Of a stretch of 64,000 nucleotides of DNA, positions 8,921-20,661 are shown in pieces. Every line of letters starts with the position of its first letter. The first letter of the stretch is position 1. Origin of the DNA: Patescibacteria group bacterium (GTDB lineage: Bacteria; Patescibacteriota; UBA1384; DATEAH01); NCBI GenBank assembly GCA_035288465.1, contig DATEAH010000001.1:4739-68738 (forward strand). Reading direction: 5' to 3'. Both the position numbers and the translations under genes were made by a program. The notes below the pieces were generated by a model that saw only the letters and a program-made list of their open reading frames with translations, ran no database searches and was not told where the DNA came from.

Positions 8921-10180
8921 ATGGAAATAAAATCAGAAAAATTACCCAACAGCCAAGTTAAACTGCAAATTACTTTATCGACTAAAGAATTTGCGCCTTT
9001 TTCCGAACAAGCATTTTTGAGATTATCAGATTCGACCGACTTGAAGGGGTTTCGTCCCGGGAAAGCGCCTCAAAATTTAATTCGCGCTAAAATTGGTGAA
9101 GATAAAATTTTTCAAGAAGCTTTGGAAATTTGTTTACCAAAAACATATTTTGAAGCGGTGAAAAAAGAAAAATTAACGCCAGTTTCTGATCCGGAAATCA
9201 AAATTGACAAATATGATGAAGGTAAACCCTTAGCATACACCGCGATTGTGGATATTATTTCGGAATTTAAATTGCCAGATTATAAAAAGATTAAAATTAC
9301 TAAAAAAACCGTGAAGGTTGGCGAAAAAGAACTTCAAAAATCACTTGAAGATTTGCAAAAATCATATGCCGAATACGAACATAAAAAGGATTCAGCCCAA
9401 AAAGGTGACAAAATTGAAATTAATTTTGACGGATATTTAAAAAGCGTCAAAGTTGAACAATTAGCCAGTAAAAACCATCCCTTGATTTTGGGGCAAGGTG
9501 GCTTTATCCCGGGTTTTGAAGATAAATTAGTCGGTGCGAAAAAGGGGGAGACTCGTGAATTTGAACTGAAAATGCCGACTAAATTACGGGACCAAATATT
9601 GGCGGGAAAAACTATAAATTTTAAAGTGACGATAAATGAAGTTTGGGATGTAGTTTTACCACAAATTGATGAAAAATTTGCCCAAAAAGTTGCCAAAAAA
9701 CCATTGGTGGAAATGAAAAAGGAATTATTGGCATCGCTTAAAAAACGCACCGAGCTCGAGGTAGATCGGGCTGCACAACAAGAAGTGGTGACTAAAATTG
9801 CCGAAAAAACCGAAATTGAAATTCCGCGAAGTTTGGTGGAAAAAGAACAGCTTCACGAAATGCATCATTTGCGAGAAGATATTGAATCTAAAGGTTTAAA
9901 CTTTGCTGATTATTTATCAAGCATTGGCAAAAAGGAATCTGAATTAGTGAGCGAATTAGAAAAGCAAGCACAGCAAAGAATCAAAATTAGTCTAATTTTG
10001 GCGAAAATTCGAGATATTGAAAAAATTAAAGTGAGCCAAAAAGATGTTGATCGCGAATGGGAAATTCTGTCGCGATCCGGATATAAAACTGAAGACGAAG
10101 AACCAGCCAAAGCGCAAATTGAAAGACATTTGGAAACTGCCAATGTTTTGAATTTTTTGGTTGATTTAGCTTCAAAATAA
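8921..10180 (+). CDS. tig: trigger factor
   Basis: GFRPGKAP signature, FIPGFED FKBP domain. Confidence 0.97.
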   Translation: MEIKSEKLPNSQVKLQITLSTKEFAPFSEQAFLRLSDSTDLKGFRPGKAPQNLIRAKIGEDKIFQEALEICLPKTYFEAVKKEKLTPVSDPEIKIDKYDEGKPLAYTAIVDIISEFKLPDYKKIKITKKTVKVGEKELQKSLEDLQKSYAEYEHKKDSAQKGDKIEINFDGYLKSVKVEQLASKNHPLILGQGGFIPGFEDKLVGAKKGETREFELKMPTKLRDQILAGKTINFKVTINEVWDVVLPQIDEKFAQKVAKKPLVEMKKELLASLKKRTELEVDRAAQQEVVTKIAEKTEIEIPRSLVEKEQLHEMHHLREDIESKGLNFADYLSSIGKKESELVSELEKQAQQRIKISLILAKIRDIEKIKVSQKDVDREWEILSRSGYKTEDEEPAKAQIERHLETANVLNFLVDLASK

Positions 10181-10273
10181 TGGTATAATATAATTAATGT
10201 CAAAGCTCAAAGCTCAAAGTTTAAATGCCAAATGGATTTTAAATTTAAAAATTTAAATTTTTCGGGAGGAAGA

Positions 10274-10867
10274 ATGGATAAAAAAAGAATTACAAATCAG
10301 CTCGTGCCGATGGTGATTGAAAAATCAGCCTATGGCGAAAGAGCTTTTGATATTTTTTCCAGGCTTTTGAAAGACCGCGTCATTTTTTTGGGCGGTCCAA
10401 TTGATGATAATGTCGGTAATTTGATTATTGCCCAATTGTTATTTTTGGAAGCCGAAGATCCCAAAAAAGACATTCAGTTGTATATTAATTCGCCAGGCGG
10501 GGTGGCAACCGCAGGTTTGGCAATCTATGATACGATGCAGTATATCAAACCTGACGTTTCCACAATTTGTATTGGTCAAGCCGCCTCGGCAGCTTCAATT
10601 TTGTTGGCGGCGGGTGCCAAAGGAAAAAGATTTGCTTTACCATCATCTCGGATTATGATGCATCAAGTGATGGGTGGCACCGAAGGACCAGCCAAGGATA
10701 TTGAAATTCGCACTCGGGAAATTTTGCGTGTCAAAGAAGCGGTAAACAAAATTTTGGAAAAGCATACCGGGCAACCTTTTGCGAAAATTGAAAAAGATAC
10801 TGATCGCGATTTCTTCTTGGATGCCAAAGAAGCCAAAGATTATGGCGTGATTGACAAGATTTTCTAA
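10274..10867 (+). CDS. clpP: ATP-dependent Clp protease proteolytic subunit
   Basis: [28 protein letters not shown]. Start placed at the ATG after GGAGG. Confidence 0.98.
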   Translation: MDKKRITNQLVPMVIEKSAYGERAFDIFSRLLKDRVIFLGGPIDDNVGNLIIAQLLFLEAEDPKKDIQLYINSPGGVATAGLAIYDTMQYIKPDVSTICIGQAASAASILLAAGAKGKRFALPSSRIMMHQVMGGTEGPAKDIEIRTREILRVKEAVNKILEKHTGQPFAKIEKDTDRDFFLDAKEAKDYGVIDKIF

Positions 10868-10906
10868 ATTGATATTTATTAGTTCAATAATATCCAGAAA
10901 TAGGGC

Positions 10907-10935
10907 TTGACAGCCAGTTTTATCTGTATTACAAT
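10907..10935 (+). promoter_or_regulatory. 16S rRNA promoter
   Basis: TTGACA-17-TACAAT, with boxA-like AGTTCTTTAACA at 11062-11073. Confidence 0.75.
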
Positions 10936-11144
10936 GAATGCAGATAGGAGGCTGTAAAGATTAAAGCATAAAATTTAATCTTAGCCACGAAGGGTGGATC
11001 CGTCGTTGACGGAAAATTTCAAATCTGCTATTATCAGCCTTGGCAGATTTTTCTTGACTTTAGTTCTTTAACAGTTAGGAAATGATAAGAAGCAGCGTTA
11101 TGTACAAAATACCCTACTCGAGGGTTTAATTTCGAGTAATAAAA

Positions 11145-12621
<1,477 letters not shown>

Positions 12622-12699
12622 TAGGGAGAAATCCCCCGCCTCTTTGGCGGGAGATACGGTCGTTCTGCTTTCTTATCATCTCCTAACTGCGAAAGAGCC

Positions 12700-12731
12700 A
12701 AATCCCAAACTAATTTGGGATTTTTTATTTT
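12700..12731 (+). terminator. intrinsic terminator after 16S
   Basis: AAATCCCAAA-CTAA-TTTGGGATTT plus T-tract. Confidence 0.7.
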
Positions 12732-12876
12732 GACTAAACAATTTTTCTGGTATAATAGAAATAGATTAAATTAAAATCCGTCAAGAGGTGGGAAGAGCTA
12801 ATAATTTAACAAATTATTAAGTTTTATTATTTATTGAAGTAAACTTATCAAATTTATCAGAACTGAGGAGGGGAAT

Positions 12877-13272
12877 TTGGAAAATAGCCAAACCATTCAA
12901 GCAGGTTTTGGCCTTTGGTCGTGGTATATTTTTTCAATTAAAAGCCTATTTAGTAATATCAAGCTAATTGTTCTCAAAACATTAGATTATTTTTCGGTCA
13001 CGATTTTGTTAAAAACGCTTTTTTATCCTTGGCGGCGAGATGTGATGACGACCCGAAATTTGCCGATCAATATTAGGTTTCGCGTGATGATTTTTAATTT
13101 ATTATCTCGGCTAATTGGTGCTTGTGTCAGGTTGGTGACAATTTTTATTGGCCTAATAATCACCTTTTTAGTATATATTTTAGGAGCGGCCACAATCGTT
13201 GTTTGGATATTAATGCCAATGTTGGTGTTGGCAGGTTTTATAATTGGAATTTCTAAAATTTTAACTGGGTAA
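12877..13272 (+). CDS. small membrane protein coupled to the Clp ATPase
   Basis: Hydrophobic C-terminus, 'YFSVTILLKTLFYPWRR', SD GAGGAGG, 2 nt from the next gene. Confidence 0.75.
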   Translation: MENSQTIQAGFGLWSWYIFSIKSLFSNIKLIVLKTLDYFSVTILLKTLFYPWRRDVMTTRNLPINIRFRVMIFNLLSRLIGACVRLVTIFIGLIITFLVYILGAATIVVWILMPMLVLAGFIIGISKILTG

Positions 13273-13274
13273 AA

Positions 13275-15803
13275 ATGCCAAATTATTTATTTAATCCTGA
13301 AAAATCTAAAATTTTTCAAACTGCAAAAATTGAAAAACTATATCATCAATTTTATATCAAAATAATTCAGGTGTTAGTATGGGTTTTAATGTTTTTGGGA
13401 ATTGTGATTTGGATTTTGAATTTATTAGAACTATATGAATTTAATAATCGTATTTTGGGATTAGCATTGGCAATAATTTCTACGGGGGTTTTTCTAATAA
13501 TTTTGGATAGCTATTTCAATTTCCTTTTTAAATTTTCAAATTCGAATTTGGCAAAAATTAAGAGTATGGAATCAGTGAATTGGGCAGATTTTATCGATTT
13601 AGAAGTGGCACAAATTGTAAATGCGGCCGAAAAAATTGCCTCCAAGGCCAAAAATCATAACTTGACCACTCTTGGAATTTTTTTGGGAAGTTTAAAAAAT
13701 CGTAAAATTTCATATTTGCTCGCCAGGGCTGGTATTAATTTGAAAAATTTTCAAAATGAATTTCAAGCATCCGTGGCATATTCACAATCGAGTGAAATGG
13801 AAAATAAAAGCCATATTTTGTCTTTATGGTTGGAAGCGGCAAATTTTGCCATCAGCCAAAGACATACTCGAATTCAAGTTGGAGATCTTTTTTATGCCCT
13901 AACCAAGACTGAAGCATTTTTGCAAAAAATTATGTTTACTTTAGATTTGAAAATTGAAGATATGGCGAATTTGGTCCACTGGCAAAATTTGGTTTTTCAA
14001 CGTTTTGAAAATCAACGTCGCTTTTTTTCACCTGATTATTTTGAAAAAACCGGTGGTATTGGTCGCGAATGGTCATATGGCTATACGCCAAATTTAAATT
14101 TAATTAGTTTTGATATTACCTCCCAAATTCAAAAAACCGGTTCAAATTTACATATGGTTGGTCATCAACTTGAAATTGAAGAAATGGAAAGGATTTTATC
14201 CCGTTCGGGTAAAAATAATATTTTATTGGTCGGCGAGCCCGGGGTTGGTAAAAATACGATTGTTTTAGGGTTTGCAAAACGGATTTGTCAGAATCGAGCT
14301 TTAAAATCATTAAGGTATAAAAAAATTTTTAAATTAGACATGGGCAGATTGTTAGCGGGTGAGCCAGCGGAAATTGAAGCAAAATTGGTGACAGCATTAA
14401 ACGAAGCGGTGGCGGCTGGGGATATTATCTTATTTATTGAAAATATCGAAACTTTATTCGGTGGTGGTGAGTCCAAAATTGGGGCAATTGATGCTTCGGA
14501 AATATTAGCACCATATTTAGGTTCCACGGCGTTACAATTGATCGGGACATGCAGCTATCGAGATTATCACCAGTTTGTTGAAGCTAAGCCCATAATTGCT
14601 GGCGGTTTTGAAAAAATTGAAGTCGCCGAACCTAATGAAATCACCACGATTAAAATTTTAGAAGAAGTCACACCTTTTATTGAAGGGCAGTATCAAATTT
14701 TTACTTCATATCAAGCGTTGCGTGAAATTGTAAAATTAGCAAAAAGATATTTGACCGATAAGCCATTTCCGGAAAAAGCAATTGATTTATTGGATGAGGT
14801 TGCGGTTTATGTGTCTTCGAAAACCACAGATAAGTTAGTTCAGCCTGTTCATGTGCAAAAAATTGTGGCAGATAAGACTAAAATTCCAACTGAGCAAGTG
14901 CAAGCGGCCGAAAAAGAGAAATTATTAAACTTAGAGCAATTTTTGCATCAACGAGTTATTGGTCAAAATGAAGCCGTTAAAGCTATTTCTGAGGCGATGA
15001 GAAGGGCTAGAACTGGCTTAAAATCTGAGAAAAAACCAATCGGTTCATTTTTATTTTTGGGTCCGACCGGGGTGGGTAAAACCGAAACTGCCAAAGCCTT
15101 AGCGGAGAGCTTTTTTGGGTCAGAAAATTCGATGTCCAGATTAGATATGTCAGAATTCAAAATGCATGAAGCTTTGGACCGTTTAGTCGGAACGCCAAAT
15201 AGTGGAGAAGGAGTCTTGACGGCTAAAATTAAAGAAAATCCATACTGTTTATTGCTTTTAGACGAAATCGAAAAAGCCCATCCTGATGTTTTAAATTTAT
15301 TTTTACAAGTTTTAGATGAAGGACAATTAACCGATAGGTTAGGCAGAAAGGTTAATTTTACGAATACAATTATTATTGCGACTTCAAACGCCGGTGCGGA
15401 GCTAATTCGAGAAAATATTAAAGTTCGAACTGACCCGTCTGTTTTGAAAGAAAAATTGTTGGAATATTTACAACACGGGGGCATTTTTAGACCAGAATTT
15501 TTGAATCGTTTTGATGACGTAATTTCCTTCAAGCCCTTGGAGATTTCGGAAATCCAGCAAGTTTGCCAATTGATTTTAGTTAAATTAGCCAAAAGGCTCA
15601 AAGATGAAAAAGAGATTGTGTTAGGGGTCGCTCCGGACGCGGTTGCCAAATTAGCCCAATTAGGCTATGATCCAGAAATGGGGGCGAGGCCAATGCAGCG
15701 GGTGATTGCTGATAAAGTTGAAAATTGGCTTGCAGAAAGATTGCTGAGAGGCGAAATTATTAAGGGCCAAAAAGTCATCTTTCGACTCAATGATATTGCT
15801 TGA
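13275..15803 (+). CDS. membrane-anchored ClpA/B-like double AAA+ ATPase
   Basis: Two N-terminal TM segments; D1 GEPGVGKN; PEKAIDLLDE; D2 GPTGVGKTETAKALA, DEIEKAHPDV, RPEFLNRFD, GARP. Confidence 0.92.
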   Translation: MPNYLFNPEKSKIFQTAKIEKLYHQFYIKIIQVLVWVLMFLGIVIWILNLLELYEFNNRILGLALAIISTGVFLIILDSYFNFLFKFSNSNLAKIKSMESVNWADFIDLEVAQIVNAAEKIASKAKNHNLTTLGIFLGSLKNRKISYLLARAGINLKNFQNEFQASVAYSQSSEMENKSHILSLWLEAANFAISQRHTRIQVGDLFYALTKTEAFLQKIMFTLDLKIEDMANLVHWQNLVFQRFENQRRFFSPDYFEKTGGIGREWSYGYTPNLNLISFDITSQIQKTGSNLHMVGHQLEIEEMERILSRSGKNNILLVGEPGVGKNTIVLGFAKRICQNRALKSLRYKKIFKLDMGRLLAGEPAEIEAKLVTALNEAVAAGDIILFIENIETLFGGGESKIGAIDASEILAPYLGSTALQLIGTCSYRDYHQFVEAKPIIAGGFEKIEVAEPNEITTIKILEEVTPFIEGQYQIFTSYQALREIVKLAKRYLTDKPFPEKAIDLLDEVAVYVSSKTTDKLVQPVHVQKIVADKTKIPTEQVQAAEKEKLLNLEQFLHQRVIGQNEAVKAISEAMRRARTGLKSEKKPIGSFLFLGPTGVGKTETAKALAESFFGSENSMSRLDMSEFKMHEALDRLVGTPNSGEGVLTAKIKENPYCLLLLDEIEKAHPDVLNLFLQVLDEGQLTDRLGRKVNFTNTIIIATSNAGAELIRENIKVRTDPSVLKEKLLEYLQHGGIFRPEFLNRFDDVISFKPLEISEIQQVCQLILVKLAKRLKDEKEIVLGVAPDAVAKLAQLGYDPEMGARPMQRVIADKVENWLAERLLRGEIIKGQKVIFRLNDIA

Positions 15804-15879
15804 TTATCGGGAAAATTTAGAGTATAATAGGTTGGAATTTAATAATTTTACATTTTGATTTTTAACTTTTGATTTTTTT

Positions 15880-15954
15880 GGGCGATTAGCTCAGTGGTAG
15901 AGCGCATCTCTGATAAAGATGAGGTCGATGGTTCGATCCCATCATCGCCCACCA
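15880..15954 (+). tRNA. tRNA-Ile(GAT)
   Basis: Cloverleaf with anticodon arm CATCT-CTGATAA-AGATG, GTTCGA T-loop and encoded CCA. Confidence 0.97.
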
Positions 15955-16014
15955 TTCGACAAGCTCATGGCTTTCAGCCAGGAGATAGAAGAATGCCCTG
16001 AGTTTATCGAAGGG
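15952..16014. repeat. REP-like inverted repeat between tRNA-Ile and the GIY-YIG gene
   Basis: CCATTCGACAAGCTCATGGC pairs imperfectly with GCCCTGAGTTTATCGAAGGG. Confidence 0.65.
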
Positions 16015-16020
16015 CAATTC

Positions 16021-16266
16021 ATGAAATACTTTACTTATATTTTACTTTGCGAGAACAATAAATATTACGTTGGTCATACTAATAATCTAGAAAATCGCTT
16101 CGAATATCATTTAAAGAAATCTGGAGCTAAGTTTACATCACAAAATAAACCTAAAAAATTTGTCTGGTCACAAGAATTTAGTAAAGAAATTGATGCTATC
16201 AGACGAGAAAAACAGATTAAAGGATGGTCAAGAGTAAAGAAAGATAAACTAATTTCAGGAATTTAG
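16021..16266 (+). CDS. small GIY-YIG nuclease (UPF0213/YazA-like)
   Basis: FTYIL..YYVGHT..RF..H, AIRREKQIKGWSR. Confidence 0.9.
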   Translation: MKYFTYILLCENNKYYVGHTNNLENRFEYHLKKSGAKFTSQNKPKKFVWSQEFSKEIDAIRREKQIKGWSRVKKDKLISGI

Positions 16267-16274
16267 AAATAATT

Positions 16275-16742
16275 ATGATTGCAACTCCACATATGATTGT
16301 CGGGGCAGTCCTCGGCGATCTGATCCAAAATTTACCCTTGGCATTTTTGGCGGGATTTGTCTCGCATTTTGTTTTTGACGCGATTCCTCATTTTGAATCA
16401 ACCGCATTTTTGCCAACTAGTCAGCGTAAAAATTATCCTTTAAGCCGAAGAGCAGCGATTCTTGAATTTTTTGAAGTGATTTTTGGCGCAACATTAGTGA
16501 TACTTTTTTATTTAAAAGTTCATCATCTATCGGTGGTAATTGCGGCGGTGGCGGCGGTTTTGCCTGATTGGGATAAATTTCCACTTATTGGCGAGAAACT
16601 AAAAAATGTTTGGGGTTTTCGGCAATTTCATAATTTTCATGAGTCTATTCATATTCAACTTAAACCTAAATACTGGATTTTCACCTTCCCAGTTTATATA
16701 ATTATAATAGGAATAGCAATTTGGGCGTGGTTTTATAAATGA
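16275..16742 (+). CDS. membrane-bound metal-dependent hydrolase-like protein
   Basis: HMIVGA, SHFVFDAIPH, LPD, FHESIH with TM segments. Confidence 0.65.
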   Translation: MIATPHMIVGAVLGDLIQNLPLAFLAGFVSHFVFDAIPHFESTAFLPTSQRKNYPLSRRAAILEFFEVIFGATLVILFYLKVHHLSVVIAAVAAVLPDWDKFPLIGEKLKNVWGFRQFHNFHESIHIQLKPKYWIFTFPVYIIIIGIAIWAWFYK

Positions 16743-16969
16743 TTATTTTAAAGATTTTAATTTTTGTGTTAGCGTCGATTATTGGACTTTGTTTTTTGGT
16801 ATATGCTGAACCTTTGGTGCGGACTTTTGGAAAGGCTGAGTGGGCAGAAAGACGTTTTGGGACGATGGGTGGTTCGTATTTAGTCTGGAAATTAGCTGGT
16901 ATATTAATAATTGTTTTAGGATTTTTATTTCTAATGGGCGGTTTGGATTGGTTAATTTTCCCAAAATAA
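16739..16969 (+). CDS. small two-TM membrane protein
   Basis: 76 aa, overlaps the upstream stop codon, 'WAERRFG..GG.Y..WKL' loop. Confidence 0.7.
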   Translation: MIILKILIFVLASIIGLCFLVYAEPLVRTFGKAEWAERRFGTMGGSYLVWKLAGILIIVLGFLFLMGGLDWLIFPK

Positions 16970-16973
16970 ATAA

Positions 16974-17047
16974 GGGGCTATAGTTTAATGGTAAAACGGC
17001 GGTTTTGCATACCGCGGATGGCAGTTCGATTCTGCCTAGCTCCACCA
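16974..17047 (+). tRNA. tRNA-Ala(TGC)
   Basis: Acceptor stem with G3-U70, anticodon arm GCGGT-TTTGCAT-ACCGC, CCA end. Confidence 0.95.
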
Positions 17048-17059
17048 AAGTTTATTTAC

Positions 17060-17385
17060 AGCGGAATTCCCCCCACACCCCCCTTCCGCCTCGCCCGAGC
17101 CGAAGCGAAGCCCCGCCGCCCTGCTCGTTCAGAGCAGAGTCCCGCAAAAAAGTTTTCTTTTCCTTTTAGAAGAAAAAAATCGCGCGCCAAATAAAAAAAT
17201 GCGAAGAAAACTTTTTTGCGGAACAGCGAGCGAAGCAAGCGGCGGCGAAGCGGAGCGAATTAGTTGGGATTTTGTTCAAAATGAGTTCTGACTTTTTCCA
17301 ACAAACACCAAATTGACAGGTTGGGGGTTTCCGTCATGGCTCGGCGCCATGCCGAGACAGACGAGTCCCCTCGCCTTCAGCCATA
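17060..17385. mobile_element. probable integrative-element remnant downstream of tRNA-Ala
   Basis: GC-rich palindromes and a minus-strand peptide relic IWCLLEKVRTHFEQNPN*. A homologous relic lies after tRNA-Pro. Confidence 0.45.
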
Positions 17386-17560
17386 TTTTTTGTAGTACCA
17401 GCATTAATTCAAATTCCTGTTTTATCGTCTATATTATTGTTTGCCACAAGATTATTCTTAACCGTTGCTCTGGTCGGAGTTAAAAAAACCGAATTTGTAA
17501 ACAAGGGATAGAATAATCACAGGAAATAGTAAATAATTATGTAACTTAGAAGGGCAAGAA

Positions 17561-17824
17561 ATGAACTTAATAATTGGTATCGTTTTAGTGGTCATCGGTT
17601 TTGCACTAAACCAGTGGATATCACATTCTTTGAGTAAAGATGCATTGTCAAGACCTATGTTTTTGAACTACCCAGCAAGCATACTTATTTCTACTATTGT
17701 ATATATCACCATATATGTTATTGGATTGTTTTTTCTTTATAAGGTTTCGATATGGGTACCAGTTGTCTTGATAATATTGTTTCTGCTCTTAATAGTATCT
17801 AATTTATTTAAAAAGGTTAAATAG
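17561..17824 (+). CDS. hypothetical membrane protein
   Basis: 87 aa, three hydrophobic segments. Confidence 0.6.
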   Translation: MNLIIGIVLVVIGFALNQWISHSLSKDALSRPMFLNYPASILISTIVYITIYVIGLFFLYKVSIWVPVVLIILFLLLIVSNLFKKVK

Positions 17825-17962
17825 AAAACCGTGATTAAAGAATCTGCTCCAAAAAAGAATTGAATATCTTGACTAAAATTAGAGAGAGGAATTCCCAGCC
17901 AATGACTGATCCGCCTTTGGCGGAGAATTTGTTCGGATCCACATAAAAATTGAAGAGGAATC

Positions 17963-19000
17963 ATGATGAATTATAAAAAACCAAAAAAATTGAAACAAGG
18001 TGATACTGTGGCAATCGTGTCTCCGTCTTGGGGAGGTCCAAGCGTTTTCCCTGATATTTATGAAAATGGTCTTAAGGTTTTGCGCGAATGGAATTTGAAA
18101 ATTAAAGAATTTCCAACGACCAGAATGGATCCCGATTCTTTAAGGGCAAATCCGCGGGTTCGTGCGAAGGATATTAATGAAGCATTCGCGGACCCGGAAA
18201 TTAAGGCTATTTTTGCTTCGATTGGCGGCGACGATTCTATACGAATTTTGCCCTTTTTGGATAAAAATATTATAGTTAATAATCCAAAAATCTTGATGGG
18301 GTATTCGGATACTTCAACGCTCCATGTATTTTTAAGCTTGCAGAGTCTTGTAAGTTTTTATGGATTAACAATTATGGCTGGTTTTTCGCAGATGGAAAGT
18401 CTGCCCGAAAGTTTAAAATCTCATGTTCATGAGATGCTTTTTAAGCCAAAAGACGGTTATGAATATAAAGCTTATGGAGAATATTGCGATGGTTATCCTA
18501 ATTGGTCGAATGAAAAAAATCTCGGAAAAGTGAATCCAATAAAAAAAGATGATGGTTGGCATTGGCTGCAAGGAAATAAAAAAGTTCAAGGTAAATTATT
18601 CGGTGGTTGTTTTGAGATTTTAGAAATGATGAAGGCAACCGATTTTTGGCCATCGCGAGATTTTTGGAAAGAAAAAATATTTTTTCTTGAAACTTCCGAG
18701 TCGAAACCGACAATCGACAACATTGATACTGAATTGAGAAATTATGGAATGTTAGGAGTATTTAATGAAATAAACGGGTTAATTTTTGGTCGAGCAAGAG
18801 ATTATTCGCAAGATGAGAAAAAAGAGCTGGAAGAAAAAATAATTTCTATTGCAAAAGAGTTTAATAAACCAGATTTACCAATTGTGGCTAACTTCGATGT
18901 TGGTCATACCGATCCTCAATTAGTGTTGCCGCTTGGGGTAAAGGTTGAAATCGATTGTCAAAATAAAAAAATAGGATTGAAGGAATCATGGTTAGAATAA
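17963..19000 (+). CDS. peptidase S66 (LD-carboxypeptidase/MccF-like)
   Basis: AIVSPS, SIGGDD, GYSD nucleophile motif, FLETSE, DVGHTDP. Confidence 0.92.
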   Translation: MMNYKKPKKLKQGDTVAIVSPSWGGPSVFPDIYENGLKVLREWNLKIKEFPTTRMDPDSLRANPRVRAKDINEAFADPEIKAIFASIGGDDSIRILPFLDKNIIVNNPKILMGYSDTSTLHVFLSLQSLVSFYGLTIMAGFSQMESLPESLKSHVHEMLFKPKDGYEYKAYGEYCDGYPNWSNEKNLGKVNPIKKDDGWHWLQGNKKVQGKLFGGCFEILEMMKATDFWPSRDFWKEKIFFLETSESKPTIDNIDTELRNYGMLGVFNEINGLIFGRARDYSQDEKKELEEKIISIAKEFNKPDLPIVANFDVGHTDPQLVLPLGVKVEIDCQNKKIGLKESWLE

Positions 19001-19029
19001 AATTTGTTGATAAATTAAAGGAATAAATC

Positions 19030-19614
19030 ATGATTAAAAATAATCTTTTTGAAAAAAGCGAAAAATTTAAAGCAGATGCAGATAAGATTTTAAAAGAATC
19101 TGATTTGATTAATTTTCTTTCAAAATACGGTAAGGTAAAACCAGTTGGCGCTTATCATTTTGATATTATGATGAGAGGAGATATTGATTTTCATATATTT
19201 ATGGAAAAAGTTGATAAAGAAAAAGTTATTGATGCCTTGAATAAACTGATTGGGCAAGGATATTTTCAGGCATATATGTTTGACGATTTTGTGAAGTATT
19301 CACGACTAATTAAAAACTCTAACGATCAGTTTCCATATGGTTATTATTTAGGGTTAATTGTTATCCCAAAAGGTTATGATAAGAGATGGAAAATTGACAT
19401 TTGGTTTATTGAGAAAGACAGCCTTTCTGGCAAAAAATATTATCAGCTTTTGAAGAATAATCTCAACGAAGAAAATAAAAAACTGATTTTAGAGCTTAAG
19501 GATTACAAAATAAAAAATAAATTAGATTTTCCCAGCACGATTATTTATGACGCGGTTTTGGTTAAGGGTATAAAAAATATAAATGGATTTATAGAATATA
19601 TTAAAGATCTTTAG
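19030..19614 (+). CDS. hypothetical protein, possible nucleotidyltransferase fold
   Basis: VGAY..DIM..GDIDF and WKIDIW resemble the Pol-beta-family G-x-DxD motif plus third Asp. Confidence 0.55.
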   Translation: MIKNNLFEKSEKFKADADKILKESDLINFLSKYGKVKPVGAYHFDIMMRGDIDFHIFMEKVDKEKVIDALNKLIGQGYFQAYMFDDFVKYSRLIKNSNDQFPYGYYLGLIVIPKGYDKRWKIDIWFIEKDSLSGKKYYQLLKNNLNEENKKLILELKDYKIKNKLDFPSTIIYDAVLVKGIKNINGFIEYIKDL

Positions 19615-19773
19615 GGTAGGTTGGAGATTTAGGGTGGGAAATAAACTTCGAAAATGTTTATATATTTCCCACCTTTTTATTTTTAATAGAATTATTTTCT
19701 CTTGACAACTAAAACCCACGTGCTACGATAAATTTAAAGGTCGATACTATCAATTTCATTTTAGAGGTCTAAA

Positions 19774-20466
19774 ATGAATGACGGAATTATTGCGAGTTGG
19801 GCCGATGCTTTGAATATTGCTTGGCACACCATTGCTGATCGGATTATTAACTTTATCCCGAACTTACTTGGCGCGATTTTAATTTTGATTATTGGTTGGA
19901 TTTTGGCAGTTTTATTAGATCGATTAGTCGATCAGTTAATGAGAGTAATTGGCCTTCAAAGCTTAGCGGAAAAAATGAAGCTCGAAGATGGCATCAAGAA
20001 AGTCGGCATTAAAAAAGATTTTGCGGGTTTAGTGGGCGCTTTTGTAAAATGGGTGATCATAATTGTCGCCTTTTTAGCCGCTGCAGAAGCTTTACAACTC
20101 ACTCAAGTGGTTGAATTCTTAAACAGCATCTTAAATTATGTCCCTAATGTCGCCGCCGCCGCTGGAATTTTGTTGATTGGTGTTGTTTTGGCTAATTTCT
20201 TGGCTGATGTGGTCGGTTCTGTGACTAAAGGGATTGAAATTGGTTATTCTGAACTTTTAGCTTTATTGGTGCGTGGTGCGATTTTGGTTTTTACGGTTTT
20301 AGCCGCTTTAGTCCAACTTAATGTGGCGAGTTATTTAATCCAAACCCTATTCACCGGTTTTGTGGCTTTGTTTGCAATTGCGGGTGGATTAGCCTTTGGT
20401 TTGGGTGGCAAAGATGCCGCCGCTGAATTTGTTGATAAAGTCAAAAAAGATATCCAAAAGAGATAA
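19774..20466 (+). CDS. CmpX/MscS transmembrane-helix family protein
   Basis: Repeated 'PNLLGAILILIIGW' and 'PNVAAAAGILLIG' units, C-terminal LAFGLGGKD. Confidence 0.85.
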   Translation: MNDGIIASWADALNIAWHTIADRIINFIPNLLGAILILIIGWILAVLLDRLVDQLMRVIGLQSLAEKMKLEDGIKKVGIKKDFAGLVGAFVKWVIIIVAFLAAAEALQLTQVVEFLNSILNYVPNVAAAAGILLIGVVLANFLADVVGSVTKGIEIGYSELLALLVRGAILVFTVLAALVQLNVASYLIQTLFTGFVALFAIAGGLAFGLGGKDAAAEFVDKVKKDIQKR

Positions 20467-20632
20467 TTTTTACTATTTTAGTGCTCTGTTCCGCTTTTTG
20501 GCGGAACAGAGGCTAGAATAGGGCTTGATCCCACACAATTTATCTTTCGCCTTTTGGGAACTATTCGTTCACGGCTCAAGATGCGATTTTGAGGGATCAA
20601 TACCAGCTAATTAATATTTTAAAGAAGAGGTA

Positions 20633-20661
20633 TTGACATCGGTTTTTTTATTTGGTAGACT
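20633..20661 (+). promoter_or_regulatory. 23S rRNA promoter
   Basis: TTGACA-17-TAGACT, with boxA-like TGTTCATTAACA at 20868-20879. Confidence 0.65.

Noticed and set aside
12775-12875. Possible glycine-riboswitch-like words (GGAAGAG, GAAGTAAAC) before the membrane/Clp genes
   Set aside because: The required paired stems and second aptamer cannot be built.
14963-15649. 228-aa antisense ORF
   Set aside because: Shadow frame of the conserved Clp ATPase D2 domain.
15919-16020. N-terminal extension of the GIY-YIG ORF
   Set aside because: It runs through tRNA-Ile and the palindrome; ATG 16021 is the plausible start.
16779-17238. ORFs overlapping tRNA-Ala and its GC-rich flank
   Set aside because: Antisense or overlapping tRNA and palindromic DNA. 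The same applies to 59657-59881 over tRNA-Pro.
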